Shown in pieces: positions 16,701 through 28,900 of a DNA stretch of 40,339 nucleotides. Under the pieces are notes generated by a model that saw only the letters and a program-made list of their open reading frames with translations, ran no database searches and was not told where the DNA came from. Position 1 is the stretch's first letter; every line of letters starts with the position of its first letter. Made by a program: the position numbers and the translations under genes. The stretch comes from a virus (lineage: Duplodnaviria; Caudoviricetes). The stretch lies in the IMG/VR virus record IMGVR_UViG_3300022074_000117, positions 1-40,339 of that record; one strand, 5' to 3'.

Positions 16701-19700
16701 AAGTGAATATGTATCTACGTTTAGTATCGTAGAAGTTGACGAATAGTTAGCAGGTATTAAACCACCAGGCACATATGGATTATCGGAGTATATTTCGTCT
16801 GGTGCATTATAATCGCCTCTTCTATGATTAGATTGTGCTACTCTAAATCTTATAGAGCGTTCAGAATCTGCAGAAGTATATAAAGAAGTTGTACCTATAA
16901 CTCTTTCACCAACTTCAAAAGTTCCTGATGCCATTCTAATTTCAAGGAGTTTGGGTATGCAAAAATTAGTTACATCTCTACCGTCAAAGAAGGCGTAAAT
17001 TCTAGTACTTGGTTTTAAGTTGGTAGCATAGAACTCAATATTTCTAGAGCGAACTGTTTTAACTACTTCTGTACTAACAACTTTATCACCAACACTTACA
17101 TTTTCAAATTCTTCGACAATATAGTGTTGTACACCAGTTCTGGTTTCATTTCCAGATTCTATAGTGGTCTGGAAATCTTCTTCAACGACTTGAGTTGTTG
17201 TTTGACGTATCCACTGTGCTGGAGTTGTGGATGGATCTCCATTTATCCATCCTCCACGACCAAAAGTGACTGGATCTGATTCATCATTTCTTTGAATAGA
17301 TTCAATTTCATAAGTATACGTTCCAGACCAATCATTCTCCCAAGAATTCCATATCTCTCCAGAGAAACCGGTTTGTGGATCAATACCAAACTGCTGCTCT
17401 GCAGCAGCTAATGCCATTGCATAGTTACCCATCGTATCAATAGTCTTTGCAGATATTTTGGTTTGATCAATCCAAGTATCTGAAGATGGCGTGAGTATTA
17501 TAGTCCCCTGCCAGAAACTAATTAAAAAAGGTGTAACACTCTCAGTTCTAGTTGCAAAACTCTGTTCAATATAAACTTCATCAGAGTGCTCTAAACTAAT
17601 AATATCACTTTGTTTTCTTACGTTTATACCTTCAATAGGGGATGTTCTCTTATCTTCATTTTCGTCAACATCAACGACTGGTCCAGTTTGAAGGTCAACT
17701 GAGGTTGTAAAATGTTTTGCTCTTAAATGCTTATGAATTTGATCAATTGAATTTTTTTTCTCCAATCCAGTTTCCTGGGTCTTAAATGAGGTGAAGTTAT
17801 CAACAAAGAAACCAGATTTAAATCTATTAGTTCCATTTTCATCCAATACAAGCATATTTGCCGTATTAGTTTCAAGCAAAGAAAGTTGTGTGTAATATTC
17901 AAGATTCTTGATTCTATCTTCAAGTTTCTTAATATCCTTCATCTGAAATCTCTTATATTTCAGGAATTTAATAGATGCTTGTTCTACATTATGGAGATAT
18001 GGTGGATATGTTATTTCTGCAATCTCTATCGCATTATCGACGGGTTCTGGTCTTGATCTTACAGGATCATCGGATGGGACTCCAAACTTAAACTGGAATT
18101 TCCCATCTTTGTGTAAGAACAGCCTATCTATTCTAGACTGGAAATAAGAGTAATCTAAAAAGATATTTTCGTTGGACGCTAAAATATTTGGAACTGAACT
18201 TCCAACAGAATTAAAACTTCTACCCAAAAACTCTAGCGGTGATCTAGAGTTTTCTGATATAGAATGATCACTTACTCTTGGTCTTAGATCTATTAAATCT
18301 GTATTTAAAACTCCTTTTATACCCTTAACTTCTGTAGAATAATTAAAATTATTGTACGATTCTACAGTTACGATATCTCCATCATCCGTTGAATCAAAAG
18401 ATGCACTCTTAAAATAAATCTTAATCTTATTAGATGGAGAATCAAAATCATCTTTTCTTCTTAGCGTTCCAAAATCAAAGAAGGTGTCTTTCTGTCCAGC
18501 ATTAAATGTGTAGTTGATTGTTAGATCAAATGCTGTCGTAGTTAAATTACTAACCACTCCTTGTATCCCAGTTTCCTGAAAAATTACTGTTTCTCCCTCA
18601 ACAAATCCAAAATTATTTTTTGCAAGATATCGAATAGTGGAAGTATCCACAAATTCTCCATACACAGCAACTGCTCCACTACTTTGCCCAACAAAAAGTT
18701 CTCCAAGAGTGACATCAGTAGTCGTTCCAGATACACCATTTATCTGAGCGAGTGACATTTGTGGTGCTCCAAATGAATCATTACTTAAAGTTGGATCAGA
18801 AGACTCATAAATCCCATGAATTTCAATAATATCCGGAGTATTTAATGAGATCAACTTGTCTTGAACTCTTGTTCCAAAAGCGTAATTTCCATAATCCAAT
18901 CCATCATTTATAGTTGTAGACCCGATACCAGATGCTGGGTTGGTTGATTTATCTACAACTAAACTTCTTGCAGCGTTAACTAATTTTCTCTTAGATTTTA
19001 CTTTAGATTTAGATACTGTTACAATCAATCTTGCACCAGTATCATCTGCTCCTAAATTTCTTATTCTTATAACTTTTCCATCAGAAGCAAATGCAATTTT
19101 ATCTCCTGTTAGAGGTTCAGTTACTCCATTGGATCTTATAAGTGAATATCTAGTGCTTGTGAATGGCAGATAAACTTCTCCCTCGGGTAAAGTCGTATCA
19201 GTTATACTCACTGACGACAATTGTCCGTTACTAATACTAACAGTAAAAGTTTTTCTGATTGTAAGAGTTGCATCAGTTAGATCGACAGAAGCAATATGTT
19301 CTTTTGGGAACTTGGTGTATAGTGTATTATCAGAAGATGTGTCAAGATTAGTTGTTACAAGTTCAAAATCAGTAACTGTTGTTAAAGAACTTAAATCTAG
19401 TCTATCACATACTCCAGGAACACTAATACCTTGACTAATCGTAATGCTATCAGTTCCAACTCCAGAAACCTTTGCTAAAACTTTATCATTACTCGTGCTA
19501 TTAGTTTGAGTGAATCTTACAAGATTTCCTTCTTTAAATATGCCAGGAATAGTGGGACTTGTACTTCTCACGATACTATTTCCACCACTTGTGGCAGTAA
19601 TCGTCACGATACCTACATTAGATAAAGATGACTGAACTACATTTGCACTAAAAGTATTGATACCAACTCTATTATCTCCCAAAGCAGATGCACCAACGCC

Positions 19701-21416
19701 AAAATCACCGAACAACGATTTGGCGTCAGATATGCTATGCGAAGTAATTGCTACAGCGACTCTGCTCTCGGCAATTTTATCAAAAGAAGTCCCACTTCTA
19801 AAAATAAGTTTTTCATCTTTTAAAAATTCACCTTTTTTATCATAAACAGTTATTGCTGTGCCAACATTTATAGAGCTTCTTAAAAATGCTGTTGCGCCAC
19901 TACTATCACCCTCAACATATGCTGGTATGGATAACGTTACATTTTGATTAACTACAATTTCTGTAAATGGTTGAACATCAAATAAAGACATTCCCCACTC
20001 ATTTGTATTCGGCAATGAAGAATTATAGGAACCAGACTCTAACCTAAAATCAAAGACCCTAGCTAATCCCACTTCTTTCCCTGATGCAACTTGGGGATTG
20101 GATCCAACCCTGTCACTTCTAAGACTGACAATAAAAGTATTTCCAACACCAACCGTTGGAGTTCTGAAAACACTGTTCAACTTTAAAGTTGGACCAGTAT
20201 TATACTCTATGAACTGATCTTCAACTGTCTTTGTGGTTCTTGGTTTAGGTACATCGATGAAAGTTGGTGCAATAGTTTCTATCTCATATCCTCGCACATA
20301 CGCTTTACCTGGGGATATTCTGCACAGTGCCAGGTCATTTGATGGTGTTCCTCCACTATATGTAAATTGTCCTGCTTGAAATACTCCTTGATTTCCCCTA
20401 CTATTGTTAAGTGAGTTGACAATAGAAACATTAAACGGTTTGACAATATAATGACCACTTTCATCATAAGTTCTTCTAGCAAGAACATCGGTAAGATCAT
20501 CGTAGAATACACCACCATTTCCTCTAGCAGCACTACCTCTTCTAGTTTGAGATGTCTTTAAATTACCATTTTCGATTGTTGCTAATTCAATAAAGTTATC
20601 ATCATTTATATCGGTAAGTGATTTTTTAAATAAACCAACCGACATCCGTAATCTGTCAGCACCTGGTGCTCCATAGTTGTTAAATCCTTGAGAATTATCA
20701 TTTAACGATTCGTCTGCATTAGAATTGACAATTTCCTCATTTATAAACAGACCAACTCTATAACTTGGAGTATTGCTATACTGATCTAAGATCAATGATT
20801 CTTTATTAACGTTAATAAAATGCCCACGTATAAAGTATACACCAGAATCAATCTGAAAAACGGAACCTGTTGCAGCTGCGCCGTTAATAATGGTTGTTGC
20901 GAATGGAGTGCCGGGTTCAATGGTTGAGTTGCCAAAGAGTCCAGAGGATATAATCTGATTAGATGATAATTCCTCTCCATCAAAAAAAGTTTGAGTTGTA
21001 TTATCGGCAGTTGACGATCCCACGTATGCCACATAAAGAGTTAAATTACCTCTCTCAGAGTCCGCAGAAAATAATACATTATCAACTGTTGCAGTTACTC
21101 CTGAAGTTTGTCCTGAGATTGTGGATCCTATTAATTGACTTGCATACGCTTCTACAGGAACTCCTTGGAATGTTCTAGATAACTGCACTGCATAATATAA
21201 CTGCGAATATCCAGTATTTCCCGGAATGACCTTAGCACCTTCTTTGAAAAAGTGTTGACCAAACTTTTCAACTTGATTTTGTAAAATAGATTGTAATGTA
21301 GTTAATTCTCTAGCCTGAACTGGATATCCAGGCTTGAATAATACTTTTTGATACTCGTTTGCCGGATCAAAATCGTCAAAATATGGCGCTACATTTAAAT
21401 TCGTTTGCTGTGGCAT
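13770..21416 (-). CDS. Large virion structural protein, VrlC-like / DUF4815-type
   Basis: 2548 aa; NLNVAPYFDDFD..VLFKPGYPVQARELTTLQSILQNQ, APGADR, LARRTYDESG, GKAYVRGYE, RLENLEYY-like RIKNLEYY, GFFVDNF, DPLAQSF, GSLFKSQN..W. Position between gp8 and gp13 is typical of cyanomyoviruses. Confidence 0.88.
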   Translation of the reverse strand: MPQQTNLNVAPYFDDFDPANEYQKVLFKPGYPVQARELTTLQSILQNQVEKFGQHFFKEGAKVIPGNTGYSQLYYAVQLSRTFQGVPVEAYASQLIGSTISGQTSGVTATVDNVLFSADSERGNLTLYVAYVGSSTADNTTQTFFDGEELSSNQIISSGLFGNSTIEPGTPFATTIINGAAATGSVFQIDSGVYFIRGHFINVNKESLILDQYSNTPSYRVGLFINEEIVNSNADESLNDNSQGFNNYGAPGADRLRMSVGLFKKSLTDINDDNFIELATIENGNLKTSQTRRGSAARGNGGVFYDDLTDVLARRTYDESGHYIVKPFNVSIVNSLNNSRGNQGVFQAGQFTYSGGTPSNDLALCRISPGKAYVRGYEIETIAPTFIDVPKPRTTKTVEDQFIEYNTGPTLKLNSVFRTPTVGVGNTFIVSLRSDRVGSNPQVASGKEVGLARVFDFRLESGSYNSSLPNTNEWGMSLFDVQPFTEIVVNQNVTLSIPAYVEGDSSGATAFLRSSINVGTAITVYDKKGEFLKDEKLIFRSGTSFDKIAESRVAVAITSHSISDAKSLFGDFGVGASALGDNRVGINTFSANVVQSSLSNVGIVTITATSGGNSIVRSTSPTIPGIFKEGNLVRFTQTNSTSNDKVLAKVSGVGTDSITISQGISVPGVCDRLDLSSLTTVTDFELVTTNLDTSSDNTLYTKFPKEHIASVDLTDATLTIRKTFTVSISNGQLSSVSITDTTLPEGEVYLPFTSTRYSLIRSNGVTEPLTGDKIAFASDGKVIRIRNLGADDTGARLIVTVSKSKVKSKRKLVNAARSLVVDKSTNPASGIGSTTINDGLDYGNYAFGTRVQDKLISLNTPDIIEIHGIYESSDPTLSNDSFGAPQMSLAQINGVSGTTTDVTLGELFVGQSSGAVAVYGEFVDTSTIRYLAKNNFGFVEGETVIFQETGIQGVVSNLTTTAFDLTINYTFNAGQKDTFFDFGTLRRKDDFDSPSNKIKIYFKSASFDSTDDGDIVTVESYNNFNYSTEVKGIKGVLNTDLIDLRPRVSDHSISENSRSPLEFLGRSFNSVGSSVPNILASNENIFLDYSYFQSRIDRLFLHKDGKFQFKFGVPSDDPVRSRPEPVDNAIEIAEITYPPYLHNVEQASIKFLKYKRFQMKDIKKLEDRIKNLEYYTQLSLLETNTANMLVLDENGTNRFKSGFFVDNFTSFKTQETGLEKKNSIDQIHKHLRAKHFTTSVDLQTGPVVDVDENEDKRTSPIEGINVRKQSDIISLEHSDEVYIEQSFATRTESVTPFLISFWQGTIILTPSSDTWIDQTKISAKTIDTMGNYAMALAAAEQQFGIDPQTGFSGEIWNSWENDWSGTYTYEIESIQRNDESDPVTFGRGGWINGDPSTTPAQWIRQTTTQVVEEDFQTTIESGNETRTGVQHYIVEEFENVSVGDKVVSTEVVKTVRSRNIEFYATNLKPSTRIYAFFDGRDVTNFCIPKLLEIRMASGTFEVGERVIGTTSLYTSADSERSIRFRVAQSNHRRGDYNAPDEIYSDNPYVPGGLIPANYSSTSTILNVDTYSLSNQPQGEYYGYVTPGMTLKGVSSGATAEVVNLRLISDNSSALGGSFYIPESRNRDNPTFETGTNVFTLTNNPDNDQNAATTVAEEAYATSGLLETLQDQILSIRNARVESKKLFQSEVINRTIGTEIVSSRNIGQADVSEEITGYYDPLAQSFEVKDATGVFVTKCDVFFRTKDDGNTPIRFQIRTMKDGFPTAKYFDLSEVILYPEDVFTSTDGSVSTTFEFAAPVYLEGGNEYAICLISNSTKYSVYISRVGENDILSDTFISNQPTLGSLFKSQNASTWEASQWEDLKFTMYRAEFVESGSIDLYSPELSGGNKQIATLLNNPLNVISNQIRVGLGTTLADNRYELGNTFFQAGSNATGDLVGVAASATGTLSITNPGIGYTPGDGSNTFSDVSLVTVTGDGSGATAEVSIANGVAVAATITGNGGNGYQVGDVLSISAIGEASIGRNARFTLTSIGHTSQLLLDNVQGEFITGAAGTISFFDANGVARELNSGTFNGGAFGGDVIIPSTGITSISDGLHIKVNHKNHGMYFADNFVRITGVLPDIKPVKLTSPYSVSSTDPIQVSDGSIFSTFENVGIGTTNTGLLLIGDEVIEYTSTTSSSVGGNITRGINNTLIKSYPIDTPVYKYELGGVNLSRVNKTHDLQDVSVLDPIALDSYHIRLDMSQKYGSLGINNNADRSTGLSYPKLFISGSKSTGGETVSATQNIPFEMIKPSIHNIAVEGTSISGQIRTITSQSISGTEIPYVNNGFEDVTLNANNYLDSPRALFSKVNEDRKLDFIEGNKSLQMRIFLNTTNTKLSPQIELQRCNIITTSNRINSVISDYATDSRVNTVGTDPTACQYISKEIGIENPASSLKVMLDAHIGATADIRAFYAISDDSGSEPVFTPFPGYLNIDSRGFVIDEKDNDGRSNKLVSHSNRDGFGYTDCHFKEYVFEVDRLPTFRTYRIKIVMTSTSQIFVPRMRDLRVLALA

Positions 21417-21422
21417 AATTCT

Positions 21423-22973
21423 TTAGAACTGCAAAATAACTTTTATGTCTTCTTTTTGATTCGACGAGCGCGTGATAGCTGGTCTGTTATCTACATAAAT
21501 GATGTTACCTGAATGTTGTTTTACTTCTGGAGCAGCAACACCACTACTGAAATTCATCCCAAGGTAATACGTACGATTATTTATCGTGGTTTTGTTATCG
21601 TTAAATGCTTGATCGATTGATAACTGAAGTCCAACGGTAGGGATAATAGAAACATTTCCTCCAGTTTCTGGACTACCAGAAAATTCATTTAATTGAAATC
21701 CATAGTCTGAACTTGTTTCTCTGTTTCCATTGACATCAAAACCATGGTTATTCCTATTCTGCCATAGTTTTAATACTCCAGTATTTTGATCATAATTAAT
21801 AACCCTACCTACAGAAGTTTTTCCCGTCCCAACTAATTGGGTTACCTCTGAATCAACATCAAATATTGCTTCACTGTATCCAATTCCAGTTAGTTTTAGA
21901 GCACTAACAGCACTTGCTTTATCTAATGCTAAAACTGATCCTCCTGCTGATTGTGGATTTTGTACAATACCAATTCTAGCAAATTGATTTCCCGTGATGA
22001 AATCTGGATTTTCATTATCACTTTCAATCCTTGAATACATTAAAATATTATATGCTCCCAGTTCTCGATATATATCTGCTCCATGACCTCCTTGTGGAGT
22101 AATAATTACATCAAATTCTGGTCTTGTTGTTCCTTCTGGAATACCTGCTGCAGAAAAGTTAACCGTTCCAAAGGTGTATCCAGAACCTTGTTCTGATATC
22201 AGAACAGACTCTACTCTAGAATCTCCATCAATTGTTATCGAGCATTCCGCTCCAACTCCATCTCCCTCAATAGGAACGCTACTGTAAGTAACATTGGCAG
22301 TCCCTAATCCTACACCACGATTTTTAATTGTAACGATTTTAATTGAACCGTCAACAGCATTATCTCTGACTAATGAAACATCATTATCAGTTTCCCAATT
22401 TTGTGGGACTGGCATAAATTCTGTCGAATCGAATTTAATAATATCTGCTGGTTTTATAGTATAAAGGTATTTCCAAATGTAACCGTCTCCGCTTGTTCCT
22501 GCAGATCTAGGTTCTAAATCAATAAAAGTTGGTTCATCTAAAGATGGTTTACCATTTGGAGTTTCTGGATTAGATCCATTTTGTAGACATACATAAACTC
22601 TAAAATCGCTGTTGATTACATAGAAAGTAGATGAATATAAGTTTGTTGAACCAGATACAGGAGCAGTATTTGACCTACTATAATTATGCCTATACATATC
22701 ATAAGAATTTCCCGAAGACCAAACTCTTTTGGGAACCACTTGTCGCACATCAGTGGTGTTTATTCTTTTCATAGCAATCATACTATCCCAATAATCATTT
22801 TCCTGATCAAAATTATCTTTTGGTGATGGAGGATCTTGATTCCAAGTAGAAGAGTACTCAAGAGGATTTGGCAGTCCAACAAAAGAATAGTAGGAATTGT
22901 TGGCATTAGCAATTCCTGCAACAAAATTCTTTGCGTTTAATATTCTAATCTGATCAGTTATGATTGCAGCCAT
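21423..22973 (-). CDS. gp8: Baseplate wedge subunit
   Basis: MAAIITDQIRILNAKNF..FRVYVCLQN..GDGYIWKYLYTI..FARIGIVQNP..SGNIIYVDNRPAITRSSNQKEDIKVILQF. Confidence 0.93.
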   Translation of the reverse strand: MAAIITDQIRILNAKNFVAGIANANNSYYSFVGLPNPLEYSSTWNQDPPSPKDNFDQENDYWDSMIAMKRINTTDVRQVVPKRVWSSGNSYDMYRHNYSRSNTAPVSGSTNLYSSTFYVINSDFRVYVCLQNGSNPETPNGKPSLDEPTFIDLEPRSAGTSGDGYIWKYLYTIKPADIIKFDSTEFMPVPQNWETDNDVSLVRDNAVDGSIKIVTIKNRGVGLGTANVTYSSVPIEGDGVGAECSITIDGDSRVESVLISEQGSGYTFGTVNFSAAGIPEGTTRPEFDVIITPQGGHGADIYRELGAYNILMYSRIESDNENPDFITGNQFARIGIVQNPQSAGGSVLALDKASAVSALKLTGIGYSEAIFDVDSEVTQLVGTGKTSVGRVINYDQNTGVLKLWQNRNNHGFDVNGNRETSSDYGFQLNEFSGSPETGGNVSIIPTVGLQLSIDQAFNDNKTTINNRTYYLGMNFSSGVAAPEVKQHSGNIIYVDNRPAITRSSNQKEDIKVILQF

Positions 22974-22992
22974 TTTTATAGACTTTTTCCTT

Positions 22993-22998
22993 TATTTA
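22993..22998 (-). promoter_or_regulatory. Late promoter box TAAATA upstream of gp8
   Basis: TAA TAAATA AAGGA: directly follows the gp7 stop and is followed by an SD-like AAGGA. Confidence 0.7.
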
Positions 22999-25900
22999 TT
23001 AGGTGTAATTAGTAGATTTTTTGAATCTAACATATCTAGTTCTAACTAGTTTTGTGGAAGTTGATATACCACTATTACCATCTGATCCAATACCGGACAT
23101 AGTTTGTGCCGGATATGCCAGATTTTTACTTCTTCCACTCAAAACAACTTTACCCCAGGAGAAGTTTCCGATAAATGATGCAGTTGTTATACCAATGGTT
23201 ACTCCTGCCCCTGTTGGATGACTTGTAGTATTAACAGTAACTCTTGTAACTTGAGTTGAAACTCCAGCGATACTCTTGCTTACATACTGAACAGAATTTG
23301 CTACGTAAACTCCATCCAAATTATCTTTAGTTATTCCTACAATAGTAGAATTATCATTAGATAAAGATGTGATACTCGTGCTAGCAGATCCAATATTTGA
23401 TCCACTAATTGTAAAGTAATCACCTGCAGATAATCCACTAAGAGTAACAGCAGTACCAACGATATTTACATCTCTAAGTTTAGAATTATATGGAATATGT
23501 AAATCAAAGATCAATTGAGTTGTTGCAGCACCTACAAATTGTGTTCCAAATCCAACTATAATACCAGAGTCGCCGGTATACGTATCAACATTATTTTCCT
23601 CAGTTGTATATGTCGGTTCGCCAATGATTACTGATGGAGGATCAGTGTATCCCATACCACCATTAGTAACAATGATTTGTGAAACTGTTCCCTCAGAATT
23701 AATTGTCGCGGAAGCAATTGCCGTACTTGTTGCTCCCACTCCAACACCTGTTGTGCTTGCTATACTTACGCCAGGAGTTGTGGAATAACCAACACCGCCA
23801 TTAGTTATAGTTACTGAACTAATTGTGCCTCCAGTGGAAACTACTGCGGTTGCAGAAGCTCCTACTGTAACATGCGTTGGAATGATAGTAACTTTCTTTT
23901 GAATACCCGCACGTATATTAAGATCAGGATGTTCAATTACGTTATCAAATAGTGGTCTTAATCTATCAACATATATTAAAGTAATTCCTATTCCTACGGG
24001 ACTTATAATATTAGCAACAGGACTAATTATAGGTTCATAAATCTCTCTATCTTTTGTCACCTCGCGACCATTAATCAATTTGTCTTCAGTTTGTCTGCAC
24101 CAAGTAATAGGTCTCTCTAATTCTTGATCATCAGTTAATCCTGGACCAAAATATGGATTTGTTTTAACTGCATCAATAGAAACAGTAGTATTTACGGTTC
24201 TAACATTTTGTTGTAAGGTTTGGTTTTGATTTCTCTCTTGATCAAAGTTTAAAGTTACTTCGTCACCAAGTTTAAGTGTCTCAATTACTTCTCTATCAAT
24301 GACATCCAGATCATCCCCACTTCCTTTATAAAAAATAATTTTAATATCATCACCAACTCTAGGTGGTTCTGAAAATATAATTCTTGAACCACCTGGGAAC
24401 CTATAAGAATCACCGGGAACTTGAAGAATATTATTAATGAATACGATAAGAACTTGGTCAAGATCAATTTTTGATCCTTTCTTCTTATTAATTGAAACCA
24501 AGTTACCAGCTTTAATAAGTGGGAAATCTAATCTCTTCCCATCAGGGTATTCACTTATATCATCAAAATTGTCTAAAACACCAACAGACCATCCAGTAAA
24601 TTCATCATAATGAACTTTATCGATGATAATTTGAAACTCGTCTCCACTGAATTGAGATGTGGTGAGTATTCCAGTTTGACCTCCAGTAGGAATAGTTAAT
24701 ATTTCTCCCTGTTCGTACCCATATCCAGTATTCTTTAATTTAAAACTAATAACACTTGATCCTTGCCCAACAACAATATCAGCAACAGCACCAATACCGC
24801 TACCAATTCCGGTTGATGCAGCACTATATGTTAGAGCAATTCCAGAGTAAGATAGAGGTTCATCAATAACAACAAATGGCGGATTTGTATGAGTATACCC
24901 AACTCCAGGATTAGTAATTGCTATACTTACAATATTGCCATCATTGTTAATAACAGCTGTTCCTATGGACACAAAATTACCGCTTCCTAGAGATGAAGTT
25001 CCTACACTAACATTAACGGTTTGAACTCCAACTCTATAACCAGATCCACTACTTCCTATAGAAACGGAGGAGATTGTCCCTACCCCAGATACAATCGCAG
25101 TTCCACCTGCGCCAATAAGAGGTTGATAACCAAATCCTGTAGTTGATCCCACAGAAAGGATCATACCGCCTCGTGGTAACGTAGATATTCCAACATCATT
25201 CCTTAAATCTCTAGCAGTTCCAACAAACGAAACAGTAGTTATACCGGATGATTCAATTAATTCATAATTATTTTCATTTCCGACTGTTTGGAATATATCA
25301 TTTACTAAAGCGAGTATTCCCTCATTAGATATTCCGGCAATATTCGTGTTTTGAGATTTTATAGTAAAGTTATTCTTTACTCCATCAAACTGTTTTGATA
25401 TGTCATCAATAACCACATTTCTGTAATATGGTTCATTTGAACTTTGGGGAACACCACTTCTTGTGAATACTCTTCCTTGGAAACTACTCTGAGCATCACC
25501 AGTCGTTGCCGCATTTCCAAAAGGAGCATCAGCAAAATTGAGTGTATTATCGACAATATTATAATTACCGAGAATTTTAGTAACTAAAGCACCTGTTGAG
25601 AATCCTGACAATGGCGTTCCTAACCAAGATCTACGCACTCTCAGTGAATTTGTAGCACCCACACCAATACCTTCGATTTTAACGATTTCATTATCAATCT
25701 TAAGTAAATCCCCGCCAGTCAGGTCATCTATAGTACTTATTTTAATTATATCGTCCGTAGTCACAACACTTTGAATTAAAGTTGTTGTAACCGCAGTGGA
25801 TACTACAGGAGATTGTATAATATTATCAAGAGCAATCAATACTTTTGGATTTTGATTAGTTGCTATAAATTTATGCGAGTTGCCAACTCCAACAGATGTA

Positions 25901-28900
25901 AATGTTAAAACGGAAGGAACTGCCTTCAATGCGTTCTCAGCACTTCTTGCTAGCTGAATTGTCTCATCATCAACTTTAACAACAAATAGACCTTCATCTG
26001 GTATGAAACTTGTAGTTATTCCCGTTTCGGGGAAAGTAGTCAATCCAATTCCTATTTTATCTGTAGTTGATAATCCAGCAGAATTATACCTTACTCTTTC
26101 ACCAGTAACAAAGAAATGATCTGGAATTGTAATCGTGTCGCCAACTAATTTTACGATAGTGGAGTCACTACCATCAAATATTTTTTCAAAAACTGGACTG
26201 AATACATGCTTTATTGGGAAAGATCTCTTTACATCTCGGTCAGTGCCGGTATATTTCGTAAATGACGTTGAGTAAGTTCCGTTATTAAAATTAATAAAAT
26301 CTTTATTATCATCCTCAACTCTTAAGGCATTCATATAGACATGAACGTTAACATTGATATTTGGTTCTGGTGTAAATAAAATCTCAGTTGTAGCTGCGAT
26401 ACCAACTCCATCAGTAACTATTCTGCTGCCAAAAGTTCCGAGACCGCTGTGTGTCCTCACATTTGCAAATTCAGTATCAAAAGTTTGATTAATTAATACT
26501 CCTTCAACATGATCATCAACTACTATATGCTCTAAGAACTCATACCTATCATTAGTGGTATCATGAAGTTGAATCAAACAATATGATGAATCATACCTAT
26601 CAACTTCTTGTGAAATGTGACTTGGATACTGACCAATAACATTTTCAGTTGGAGATCCAGATGAAGAAATTTGAGTTATTCTAGACTCAAGTCTAGCGTG
26701 CTTCATATCTACAGTTGATATACCAGAAGATGAGGTAGATAGTCCAACAACAATAGTGTTAACTACAGAAGTTGTTCCAATACCAACTTCTGGATGGAAA
26801 TCTACTTTGAGATTATTTCCATCAAGATATGCATTATAAGTTCCAAATCCAGCAGCAGATACTTCTCCAATGGATGTTGTCAATTTGCCAAATTCTAGTA
26901 ATGACACTTCATTACCATCATGGCAGATATTTAATTCTTGATATTCAAACTCTCTAGTATTAAATGTTGCGGTAGATCCAAAAGATACATTCTCAACATC
27001 AGGTGCTATAGTTACTAAAACTTTGAGTGAATGATAAGTATTTCCGATGCTAACAATATTTGTTGGTACAGATGGAACTGAAACACTATTACTTTGTATG
27101 ATAGATTCACCAATAGATGTAGTTCCAATTCCAAGTAGATTGTCATCCAAATTGAAAGATAATGCACATACATCGTAATCATTTACTCTTGAATTTATTG
27201 GGAAGAATCTAAACTCTCCAACGGATCCTGAGATAGCAAAGTCAAAGGATCCTAAATCTTTCACAGAGTCTATTTTTCCATATTGATTAAGATAACCATT
27301 TGAAGCACTATCATGAATAAGAGATACGATTTCAAATTGCCTTTCTTTTACAAATCTTGTATCTTTTAAGTAAATAAAATACTTTTTACTTCTGAACTCG
27401 GATAAATTAAACGTATCTAATGCAACAAATTTTGTTGCTCTTGGAGTATTATTGAATAATGGACTTACATCATCTATAGAAACAACTCTATTTCCAACAG
27501 ACTCACTAAAATCAGAGAGAATTTTGCTCTTAAAGACTATTTCATCAGACAACACTGAAGTGTCATCAAAATTAATATTGTTTTCTCTTCCTAAGTCAAA
27601 ATCGAATACACAATTTGTGTCAATATATTCATTTATTCCATAATCAATTGTCAAATCTGTTTGCGATGTTGTCAATCCAACATTAGCTGGTTGATCTATA
27701 TTTCTTGATTCTATTTGGAGGTCGCTAAATTTTTTAAATCCTATGGTATGATTTGTGCTTGAAACAATATTGTCCCATTCTCCAAATGGTATCCTTGATT
27801 TTATGGAATATGAGAAGTTCTGATAATAATCATTATCCTGGACTCTTTGCAGATTATTATTCAAGAAACCAGATATAGTTTGATTTCCCTCAAAAATTTC
27901 GGTCTTTGCACCAACTTCAAAATAAGTCTCATATGACTTTACTTCAGAACTTATTGCCAACGAGTCTGAAGACAATCCTCTTATTTTATCATCAACTTTA
28001 AAAGTATCTTTAGATAAAACCCTTAGAGTTTTTGTTGTGTTATCCCAACTTTGAACCTTTCCGGTTTTATTTCCAGATACAATTTGCTCACCTGAAATAA
28101 AATCTTTACTTACTAGATCAATATCAAATATTGGAAAATATTTTTCAGGAGTTATAATTCCAGAAGATCTAATTAAATCTGCTTTTCCTGGATCTTGACC
28201 ATCACTTAAATCTTCAGTAAGATTATACGATACAGTTCCAATCCCCCCGATATTTGGAGTAACTGAAGTTAGTGTGAATAACTTATACCCATAATTTTTT
28301 GAGTTAAATCCTATAAATGATGTATTAATACCAACACTTATATTTTCAATAAACACTTTATCTCCAACTGCAAATGGGAAATCATTTAGTGATGAAAAAC
28401 CAGATGATAATCTTATTGTAACTTCTTTAGTCGAAGTATCATACTCTAAATTGTTAATGCCTACTCCATTATTATTTTCAATAGGTATTATTGTTGGCGT
28501 GGAGAAATTTATTCCTCTTGTATTCTGTAGAATAGTTACGGTATTATCATCTATATGATACTCTAGATCTAAATCAGACACTATTTGATTTGTCTTTCCA
28601 TCAAGAGTTAAAAGTTTTGGTGCAGAGGTATAACCCTTAGCGATTGAAGATACAGTAATCGATTCTATCTTTGCTGATGAATCTAGTTTAATTATCTGAG
28701 GAAGTATGGCACTAGGTTTAAGTGTTTTGTCAGTTGGATAATCATATCCAATATCTTTAATAGAAACATTTTGAATCTTTCCAATATTTTTACTTACGCA
28801 AACGAGTTCTGCTTTAGATCCATTTAAGGAATTTACTGAGATGATGTCTGGTAAAGAATCATAATTTTTACCAGGATTGACTATTTCGACTGCAGATATT